A stretch of DNA of 24,000 nt. Origin: Actinomycetota bacterium (GTDB taxonomy: Bacteria; Actinomycetota; Thermoleophilia; Solirubrobacterales; Solirubrobacteraceae). Of this stretch, positions 8,845-15,841 are shown piece by piece. The stretch lies in NCBI GenBank assembly GCA_005883215.1, contig VAYS01000016.1, positions 27,066 to 51,065 of the forward strand, in the 5' to 3' direction. The position numbers and the translations under genes were made by a program. Under the pieces are notes generated by a model. That model made no database searches. It saw nothing but the letters and a program-made list of their open reading frames with translations, and was not told the origin of the DNA. The number at the start of each line of letters is the position of its first letter. Positions within the stretch are counted from its first letter, which is position 1.

Positions 8845-9537
8845 GTGACCACCTACGCGCTCGTCCACGGCGCGTGGCACGGCGCCTGGTGCTGGGATCG
8901 GGTCGCCCGGCACCTAAGCGGGGCGGGGCACCGGACGGTGGCCGTTGATCTTCCGTGCGAGGACCTCGCCGCCGGCTGCTCGGCATATGCCGAGATCGTC
9001 CTCACCGACGTGGCGAGCGTCGATGACGACCTTGTGCTGGTCGGCCACTCAGCCGGCGGCCTCACCCTTCCCCTGGTCGCCGCGGCTCGGTCGGTGAAGA
9101 AGCTGGTGTTTGTCGCCGCTCTGCTGCCCCTTCCGGCGCGCCCATTTGCCGAGCAGAACACCGAAGAGCACATCCTGCTCGACGAATATCAAGCCGGGAT
9201 CGAGCTCGATCACCTCGGCCGTCGGCGGTGGTTTGACGCGGAGGTCGCCGGGCGGTTTCTGTACTCCGGCTGCACCCCCGCCGACGCCCGCTGGGCCTTC
9301 TCGCACCTGCGGCCGCAGGCATCGACGATGTACACCGAGCCGAGCCCATTGCGCGCGTGGCCAGAGGTCCCCGTCATCGACATCCGCGGCACCGACGATC
9401 GCCTCATCTCAGCGCAGTGGTCGGCCCGTGCCGTACCTGCCCGGCTCGGTGTCTCCTCCGTCGTGTTCGACGGCGCCGGGCACTCGCTGCTGATCTCTCA
9501 CGCTCGGGAGCTCGCCGACTTCCTGCTTGGTCTGTGA
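8845..9537 (+). CDS. Alpha/beta hydrolase (esterase/methylesterase-like)
   Basis: N-terminal block YALVHGAWHGAWCW and nucleophile elbow GHSAGG. GTG start at 8845. Confidence 0.8.
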   Translation: MTTYALVHGAWHGAWCWDRVARHLSGAGHRTVAVDLPCEDLAAGCSAYAEIVLTDVASVDDDLVLVGHSAGGLTLPLVAAARSVKKLVFVAALLPLPARPFAEQNTEEHILLDEYQAGIELDHLGRRRWFDAEVAGRFLYSGCTPADARWAFSHLRPQASTMYTEPSPLRAWPEVPVIDIRGTDDRLISAQWSARAVPARLGVSSVVFDGAGHSLLISHARELADFLLGL

Positions 9538-9605
9538 GCAGTCGCTTCCGTCGTGGCGGTCAGCAAGGTTGGGAGCGGATCGGCCGCGCTACAGTCCGTG
9601 GCTGC

Positions 9606-9678
<73 letters not shown>

Positions 9679-9683
9679 CTCGG

Positions 9684-9713
9684 AAACCGCCTGGTAATGG
9701 GCGGTTTTTCTCT
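9684..9713 (+). terminator. Rho-independent terminator after tRNA-Thr
   Basis: Stem AAACCGCC (9684-9691) pairs with GGCGGTTT (9700-7707 read as 9700-9707). The loop is 8 nt and the stem is followed by a T-run (TTTTTCTCTT). Confidence 0.65.
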
Positions 9714-9934
9714 TGGCTAGCGACGGTGTACCCAGAGCCATTCCCACCGGTGGGCACCGTATGGACACTGGGTTGGGGCCGGGGGTGGAGCGGCTAGGAC
9801 GGCCCGGCGTCAGGGCGCCAACCTGGGAGAACCTGAGCTGCTGACCTGACCGCACGTCGCCGTCGGTCGCAGCGCACGATGCGGTCGAGGGTCCGCGAAG
9901 GCTCCGGTGACTCTTATCTGTCCTGCGGGGCAGC

Positions 9935-10789
9935 ATGAGGCCCTACGCTGGAGCGGTGGCTGACGAGATCGATCTACGCGCGGCGCTTAACGCGGTGTCA
10001 GACGTGGTGCAGAACCGTCCCCGGCCCCTTCGGGAGTTCGACCAGATCTACATGAAGGCCGGCGACATGGTCATGCAGAGCGAATTCGTCGCCCGCTGGG
10101 CAGACCGCAAGCGGCTCGCCTTCATCGGAGACGGCGACGCCATCAGCGTCTGCACTGCATATCTCCACCACCGGGAGATACTGGGCTACGGGCCCTCGAA
10201 GGTCGTCGTGTACGACTTCGACGAGCGGATCTGCCAGGCGGTCGAGCGCTTCGCCGACAGCGAGCGACTCGAGAATCTCGACGCCGAGCTCTACAACTGC
10301 CTCGATGCGTTCCCAGGTCCGACGAACTTTGACTGCTTCTACACGAACCCGCCGTGGGGTGCGAGCAACGATGGCGAGAGCGTCAACGTCTTCGTGCAGC
10401 GCGGCATGGAGGCCGTCGGCTACCGGGGCGAGGGCATGGCGGTAGTAGCGGACGATCCAGAGCTCGAGTGGCCGAAGCGCGTGCTGGCGAACCTCCAGTC
10501 CTTCGTGCTCTCGCAGGGGTTCTTCGTCCAGAGGATGATGCCCCAGGTGCACAGCTACCACCTTGATGACGCCCCCGACCTGCGGTCTTGCAATGTCCTC
10601 CTCAAAGCCATGCCCGGAAACGAGCACTGCGCCGGCAGGAGCCTCGCGATCGACGACTCGAGCCGGCTCGAGGACTTCTATGGCCGCGGCAGCCATCTTC
10701 GCGTGCGCTACGTGCGCGAGCGGGCGCGGGTGGACTACGGCAAGGCCCACCAGGACGAGTACGAGCTCGAGTTGGTGGAGCAGCCGTGA
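9935..10789 (+). CDS. Class I SAM-dependent transferase of the DUF43/BpsA-like type, carrying an NPPW motif
   Basis: The ordered blocks FDQIYM..., LAFIGDGDAIS, VVVYDFDERI, FDCFYTNPPWG and FVQRGMEAV match my memory of the DUF43/BpsA layout (GDDDLTS, V-DIDER, FD-F-TDPP, F-RG). The stop overlaps the next gene's GTG as GTGA at 10786-10789. Confidence 0.6.
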   Translation: MRPYAGAVADEIDLRAALNAVSDVVQNRPRPLREFDQIYMKAGDMVMQSEFVARWADRKRLAFIGDGDAISVCTAYLHHREILGYGPSKVVVYDFDERICQAVERFADSERLENLDAELYNCLDAFPGPTNFDCFYTNPPWGASNDGESVNVFVQRGMEAVGYRGEGMAVVADDPELEWPKRVLANLQSFVLSQGFFVQRMMPQVHSYHLDDAPDLRSCNVLLKAMPGNEHCAGRSLAIDDSSRLEDFYGRGSHLRVRYVRERARVDYGKAHQDEYELELVEQP

Positions 10790-11352
10790 CCGACATCATT
10801 CACCCCGGCGCCGGCGTCGTCTTTATGAAGGTCGGGACGCACGCGCGCGAGCCGCTCCCCGAGATCATCGCCCGCAAGAGAAAGGAGATCGATGACGCTG
10901 GCTACGCGTTCTGGGGCTACGGCGGCAACACCTGCCATCCGCTCGCGAGCGTCCAACCGTTCGCACGCAACTTCACCCAACGAGACGGCGTCATCTATCT
11001 CGTCATGCAGCCGATGGAGTCAAAGCATTTCGCGATCCCTGATCGCGCGCACGAGTTCTCCGCCGACGGAGTCCGCTGGGAGAAGGTCCCGCCCGCGATC
11101 AACGTCCGCGGCTCGCGTTATGCCCTGGCGATCGACAGTCTCGACGAAGATGAGTTCGAACTGCCGCTCGGCCGGACCCGCGTAGCTGTCGGCAACAGCC
11201 TCGGCCGGCCCGGCGACCGCTACATCAGGGGCAGAGTCGACAAGGCCTGCCTCGAGGTCGTCGATGATGCTGCCGACGACGAGGCATCGTCCTTGCACAT
11301 CGGACTGGTGGCGCGGCTCGTCGAGCCCTACGCCGTGCTACTCAGGACGTAG
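10786..11352 (+). CDS. Uncharacterised protein and paralog of the 13371-14027 product; translationally coupled to the transferase
   Basis: GTG at 10786 lies in frame within track ORF 10588-11352. Shared blocks with the 13371-14027 protein are listed in the findings. It ends with a double stop, TAGTAG. Confidence 0.6.
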   Translation: MTDIIHPGAGVVFMKVGTHAREPLPEIIARKRKEIDDAGYAFWGYGGNTCHPLASVQPFARNFTQRDGVIYLVMQPMESKHFAIPDRAHEFSADGVRWEKVPPAINVRGSRYALAIDSLDEDEFELPLGRTRVAVGNSLGRPGDRYIRGRVDKACLEVVDDAADDEASSLHIGLVARLVEPYAVLLRT

Positions 11353-11355
11353 TAG

Positions 11356-12033
11356 CTAACCCGCAAGAACCCTTGGCGCGGCGGTCCGAAGCGACCCTAC
11401 GTAGCTCTCGAGCCCCACGAGCACTGCGTCCCGCTCCATCCCGCCGCCCGAGTAACACCCGAAGCAGATGCTCGCGGTCTTGTCGACTGCCGGCTCGGCG
11501 CAGACGGCGCGAGCGATCGCCTCGAACTCGCCCGGCTTCTCGTCGAGGACGCGGAGGAAGAGCTGCTCGAGGCAGCGCACTCGTGCGCCGAGCTGTGCAC
11601 AGGTCTCCGAGAGATCGATCAGGATCTCGAGCCCGCGCACCGCGCGTTTGTCACCGGTGTCGAGCAGCGCAATGTCGCGGCCCGCGGTCATCGCCGCAAG
11701 CTGGCTCTCGCCGACGTCCAACTCGAGTCCCGTCAGCTGAGCCAGCCGCTCGAGCTCAGCCGCCGCGCCGACCTCCGCGTTGGTCGGCTCGAGCACCGCT
11801 GCCTCGGAGAGGAATTCCGCGAGCGCCTTGCTGGCGGCAGCTTTGTCGCGCACCCTCGAGCCCCGCGCGATCGCGCTCGCGATCACGAAGCGCGCCGCAC
11901 CGAGAACACCGGCGGCGGGCTCCTCGCCGGCGTGCGGCCAAAACCTCTGTGCGATGCCGTAACAGGCGGCCTTCAGCAGGACATCATTGTCCACAGCGAC
12001 ATCGACTTGCGTGTCACCGTCACGAACGCTCAC
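11356..12033 (-). CDS. PIN-like domain protein and putative nuclease effector
   Basis: Acidic residues sit in a PIN-like arrangement: VAVDNDVLLKA near the N-terminus, DVGESQLAAM, and ALLDTGDKRAV. The GTG start overlaps the upstream stop as GTGA at 12030-12033. The assignment rests on motif layout only. Confidence 0.5.
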   Translation of the reverse strand: MSVRDGDTQVDVAVDNDVLLKAACYGIAQRFWPHAGEEPAAGVLGAARFVIASAIARGSRVRDKAAASKALAEFLSEAAVLEPTNAEVGAAAELERLAQLTGLELDVGESQLAAMTAGRDIALLDTGDKRAVRGLEILIDLSETCAQLGARVRCLEQLFLRVLDEKPGEFEAIARAVCAEPAVDKTASICFGCYSGGGMERDAVLVGLESYVGSLRTAAPRVLAG

Positions 12034-13046
12034 TCGCCGGCCTCGCCGAGGACGGCATCGAGGAAGTCGACTGCGTCGACAGGTTGATCACCGAGCTCGA
12101 GTTGCTGCCTAGCGATCGCGTTTACCTGAGTCCAAACGGGCCGCGCAGCGGCGTAGATGTTGCCGAGCGCCGCGTTCGCCGTCTGCCAATCCCCCGTCGA
12201 GTGCCCATAGGCGAGCGCCAGCGTTCCGGGCTCGATCCGTAGCTCCTGCGCAGACTCAAGCGCGGCGTGGGCCAGTGCACGGCCGTGCGCCCAGCCCGGG
12301 CCGGTCGCCAGGACCGTCGGCTCCGGCGCGCCGGTGAGAAGCTCAAGCGCGAAGGCATCCGCATCCCGCTCTTCCTCGTCACCACCGTTGGCCGCGGGCG
12401 TCTCGCCCTCGAGGTCGACTATTTGCCGGTCCGCTGCGACGTGCTCTAGCGCGATGTGGCCGAGCTCGTGTGCGAGGTAGAAGGCAATCGTCGCCGGATA
12501 TGCGGAGTCCTTGCCCAGCAGCACAGTCGAGCGGCCCCCGACCCTGACGGTCATTGCCGCCATGCGCTTCTGCGGCCAGGGGAAAACGCGCAGGTGAACA
12601 ACAGGCACGGCGAGGGCCCAGCTGAGGGAGAGGAGATCGACAAGCGTTACAAACTGCCCGCCGGAGGCGAGAACGTTCTCGCGCAGGTCGCGCGCCGCCA
12701 CGCCGGCGAGATCGCCCTCGGGCGGCGACGTTGCGCTGACCAGGATCGACGCGATCGCGCGCCCGAATGAGGTGATACCGGCGCGCTCGCGCTCGCTCTC
12801 ACCCGAGAGATGCTTAAAGCGGGCCTCTTCGCGCCATAGGAAGCGCGGCTCGTCGCGGTCATCGAGGAGCGAGTGCGGATCGAGGCCAAGGCGTCGCGCG
12901 ATGCCGAACCTGAGTTCGGCACGCGCCGACGCAGACGCCTCCGCATCCTCGGACCACCAATGCGGCCACGCCGCCGAGATCGCGCGGTCACTCAGGCCGA
13001 GCCCGCGCAGACGAAACCTCAAATCCCGCCCGCTCTCCCCGGTCAC
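12030..13046 (-). CDS. ImmA/IrrE-family (COG2856) zinc metallopeptidase
   Basis: HEXXH motif in FYLAHELGHIALEH and a downstream EERDADAFALELL block. I chose GTG at 13046 because it overlaps the upstream stop as GTGA at 13043-13046. Confidence 0.8.
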   Translation of the reverse strand: MTGESGRDLRFRLRGLGLSDRAISAAWPHWWSEDAEASASARAELRFGIARRLGLDPHSLLDDRDEPRFLWREEARFKHLSGESERERAGITSFGRAIASILVSATSPPEGDLAGVAARDLRENVLASGGQFVTLVDLLSLSWALAVPVVHLRVFPWPQKRMAAMTVRVGGRSTVLLGKDSAYPATIAFYLAHELGHIALEHVAADRQIVDLEGETPAANGGDEEERDADAFALELLTGAPEPTVLATGPGWAHGRALAHAALESAQELRIEPGTLALAYGHSTGDWQTANAALGNIYAAARPVWTQVNAIARQQLELGDQPVDAVDFLDAVLGEAGE

Positions 13047-13363
13047 GGCGCTGTCTCCTTCCCGAGCGTGGGCCACAGCTCGCGCGAGGCGAGAATGAGC
13101 TTCGCCAATGCCCTCGCGTGCTCCTCCGAACCGTCCCACGTCTCGCGGACGGCGTCCAGCACAGGATCCGTGGGGGCGGGCCTGCTAGCTGCATATTGTT
13201 GCATGTAGCTGCAGAGGCGGGCATAGGCCGCCGTGCGCCGGGAGGGCTGACGTTTCAACGCGCGCGAAACCGTTGCCTGGTGCACTCCAGCCCGTTCAGC
13301 AAGTACCTTTTGGCCGATTCCCTCGCGCTCGAGGAGATCGGCGATCAAGTCCCTCAGGTCCAT
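13043..13363 (-). CDS. XRE-family helix-turn-helix transcriptional regulator
   Basis: MDLRDLIADLLEREGIGQKVLAERAGVHQATVSRALKR. I chose ATG at 13363, because the longer track ORF (to 13483) would overlap the divergent gene. Confidence 0.75.
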   Translation of the reverse strand: MDLRDLIADLLEREGIGQKVLAERAGVHQATVSRALKRQPSRRTAAYARLCSYMQQYAASRPAPTDPVLDAVRETWDGSEEHARALAKLILASRELWPTLGKETAP

Positions 13364-13370
13364 CTGGTCT

Positions 13371-14027
13371 ATGCATGATGATGCACGAGTGGCGCCTCGT
13401 GGCGATACCCTGCCGCACTCGTTTTGCTGGACCCGCTTCGGGACGGAGGCCGGCGAGACAATCCAGGCGATACTCGCGCGCAAGGAAGCCGAGCGTCAGG
13501 CGAGCGGCGGCGTGTTCTTCTGGGGCATCGGGAACTCGATCGCGCCCGCAGTCGCGGAGCTAGTGCGGCGCGCCGATGAGCCGGAGGTCCTGTTCAGCCC
13601 GATCAGGAGCCGGCCTCGGCACGTCGACGTTGCGCCCGGGTGCGTCGTGCGATGGACGTTGGCCGAAGCGCTCTCAGGAGAGGCGTTCGAGCTGCCGTCG
13701 CACGCCAGCATCACCAGTCGGTGGGACCCGGCCCGGCCGGGAGTGGCACGCTACGCGCTCGTGTGCTCATCGGCCTTGCCGCTCGAGATCGCCGCCGCGG
13801 AGCGGCTGAACTTCGGCGCACTGCGCAACCTTCGCAGCGGTGCTCCGCTAGGCGCCTCGCAGGTCACCGCCGTCGTACGTCGAGCAGACGCGTGCCGCGG
13901 CGGCAGCGAGTATTCCGTGGCGTTCCGCGCAGCGCTGGTGGCACCGTACTTCGTTCGCTTGCGCCGGCCGATGCCGCTGGACGATCACGTCCACTCCCCT
14001 CGATCCCTTCGCAAACATGGCAGCTAA
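13371..14027 (+). CDS. Uncharacterised protein and paralog of the 10786-11352 product
   Basis: 218-aa ORF that is collinear with the 10786-11352 product over its full length. Its ATG lies only 7 nt from the divergent XRE start. Confidence 0.6.
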   Translation: MHDDARVAPRGDTLPHSFCWTRFGTEAGETIQAILARKEAERQASGGVFFWGIGNSIAPAVAELVRRADEPEVLFSPIRSRPRHVDVAPGCVVRWTLAEALSGEAFELPSHASITSRWDPARPGVARYALVCSSALPLEIAAAERLNFGALRNLRSGAPLGASQVTAVVRRADACRGGSEYSVAFRAALVAPYFVRLRRPMPLDDHVHSPRSLRKHGS

Positions 14028-14207
14028 ACGGCAGAAGTGTGGGCCCGTCTGGCCGGGCTCCGTAAGCGGTCAGCCGGGGCGCGAGCGCCGCTACTAGCGC
14101 TGCCCGCCGACAGGTACCGCCCGCGTTAGCGCTGAGAAGTTCTTGTTGCTGCGGGAACGGCGACGTGCCCTGCTCGAGCGCAGCACGCAGGGCGAGCGCA
14201 TCGATCG

Positions 14208-14360
14208 CTAGCTGTGCGTTGGCAGGGTTGCCTCGACCTCGCCAGAGCGCCAGGCCTCGATGAAGTCGCTCGGGCTCCCGCCCGTGAGCTCTTCGAATCT
14301 GCCTACGCGATCGCCGAGGCCCGTCGGCTCGTCGTCCTCGGTGATCCTGGTTTTCAGCGA
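14208..14360 (-). pseudogene. Possible remnant of a small antitoxin-like gene with no usable start codon
   Basis: A minus-strand frame reads ...TRITEDDEPTGLGDRVGRFEELTGGSPSDFIEAWRSGEVEATLPTHS* and has strongly G/C-rich third positions. Back to the upstream in-frame TAG there is no ATG, GTG or TTG. The LTGGSP..F...G..V pattern recalls Xre/MbcA/ParS-type (DUF2384) antitoxin C-termini. Confidence 0.25.
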
Positions 14361-14500
14361 GCAATGGAGGCGCTGCGTGCTGCCGATACATAGAGTATAA
14401 AGGCTACATAAGGCATATTGGCGATATCGAACATATACTGGACATTGGCGCTAGGGAGGCGTAACCTCTTCCCCACGCACGTCCTCGAAGGAGGCTTCCC

Positions 14501-14689
14501 ATGGCAGTTGCAGCACCACCGAGTACCTTGCGTCGCGGCGAGGCCGCCGAGCGACTCGGCGTGCACCCGAACACGCTGGCCGGTTGGGTCAAGCGCGGCT
14601 GGCTGACGGGAGTGACGATGCCGAACGGAGAAGTGCGCTTCCGCGAAGAGGAGATCAATGCTCTGCGCGAGCGCATTTACGCCCGGTAA
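14501..14689 (+). CDS. Excisionase/MerR-type helix-turn-helix DNA-binding protein
   Basis: GAAGGAGG lies 6 nt upstream of the ATG. The sequence LRRGEAAERLGVHPNTLAGWVKRGWL...VRFREEEINAL is typical of the HTH_17/excisionase family. Confidence 0.75.
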   Translation: MAVAAPPSTLRRGEAAERLGVHPNTLAGWVKRGWLTGVTMPNGEVRFREEEINALRERIYAR

Positions 14690-14749
14690 GCGCCCCATCC
14701 GGCATCTCGCCTAGCGTTACCGGAGGCTCCGCTCGGCGGAGCCTCCGGC

Positions 14750-15370
14750 ATGTCCGAACACGACAACGACGGCCATTACTGGGAGCCTGCTCCCGAAGAT
14801 GATCTGCGCCAAGGCGACCTGCTGTTCAACGTTCCCATCGCCTTGATGCCCCAGCATCCGCGCTTTGTGCTCGGCGAAGGCGAGGAGGTGCACACCGAGA
14901 CGTACGACGACTATCCGGAGAATGCGCCCTCGTCGGAGATCGTTGTCGAGGCCGCCTTCGGGGCTTTGGGGATGGTGGTGACGCCCACGTGCCACATCTC
15001 CGAGGCCGAGAAGGATGAGGACATCGTCGCTGTGGTGCCGGTGCAGCCTCTGAACCTCGTCATCCCGGATCTCAACCAGGCACGCAGCATTCGGGCCGGC
15101 AAGAGCGTGCCACTACACCTGTTCCCGCTGCCGCGCACCGAACTCGGCGAGGGGATCCTTGCGTTCGACGGCGCTGCGCTACTTGACCGACCGGCGTCCA
15201 TGCTCAAGGACAACCTGCGCGACTACCGCCGCCTCGGCCTGTACGTCGAGGCTCGCATCGCACTCCGCAAGGCTATGGCGCGCTTTTGGGCGCGGGGGAG
15301 CGCGGATGAGAGCATCGAGAGCTCGATGCGGCCACAAATCGAGAAGCGGCCACTGGAGGACCTGGAATAG
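14750..15370 (+). CDS. Hypothetical protein with no recognised family
   Basis: 206-aa ORF with G/C-rich third positions, lying 60 nt downstream of the HTH gene. It has an acidic N-terminus and the blocks LRQGDLLFNVP and GMVVTPTCHIS. Confidence 0.55.
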   Translation: MSEHDNDGHYWEPAPEDDLRQGDLLFNVPIALMPQHPRFVLGEGEEVHTETYDDYPENAPSSEIVVEAAFGALGMVVTPTCHISEAEKDEDIVAVVPVQPLNLVIPDLNQARSIRAGKSVPLHLFPLPRTELGEGILAFDGAALLDRPASMLKDNLRDYRRLGLYVEARIALRKAMARFWARGSADESIESSMRPQIEKRPLEDLE

Positions 15371-15438
15371 AGCGCAGTGGCCGCAATCGATGAGCTCGGT
15401 CGAGTCATGCAGCGCGGGGGCTCACCTAGCCGGGCGAC

Positions 15439-15810
15439 TCAGGGTGGCGGATCGCCCCGGATCGGCAGCAGCGGAACACCGCTGGCGGTGAATCCGTGGC
15501 GGGGCCGGCGCCGGCGACGCGGTGACCGCCACGGTGGCGACGGATCCATAGGCTCGTCCGCGCGTGCCAGTGCAAGCGCGACAGCACCGGAATCGAAACG
15601 CAGACGTGCGCGCGGCCCGGCACCCAAACGGATGGCACCAAGGGGACCGGCGTGGTCGTAGACCCACGAGCGGGTGACCCCGAATCGCCGGGCCACCTCG
15701 GCGGCGTCGATGAACGGTTGGGGCTCGGTCGGACGATCGCGCAGTAGCTCGACCACACGCCGAGCGACGATCTCGGCGAGCTCCTCGAGCTGGGCGTCGG
15801 TCAGGTCCAT
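15439..15810 (-). CDS. Excisionase-type helix-turn-helix DNA-binding protein with an Arg-rich tail
   Basis: Read from the internal ATG at 15810: MDLTDAQLEELAEIVARRV...FIDAAEVARRFGVTRSWVYDH...LRF. It lies 31 nt downstream of the integrase stop. Confidence 0.6.
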   Translation of the reverse strand: MDLTDAQLEELAEIVARRVVELLRDRPTEPQPFIDAAEVARRFGVTRSWVYDHAGPLGAIRLGAGPRARLRFDSGAVALALARADEPMDPSPPWRSPRRRRRPRHGFTASGVPLLPIRGDPPP

Positions 15811-15841
15811 GCCGACGCAGGTGGACTGGAGTAAAGCGCGC

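Noticed and set aside
13864-14391. Minus-strand 175-aa ORF taken as a real gene
   Set aside because: It overlaps the 3' end of the 13371-14027 gene and is Arg-rich. Coding signal in this interval switches between frames, so I treat only a short remnant (14208-14360) as once-coding.
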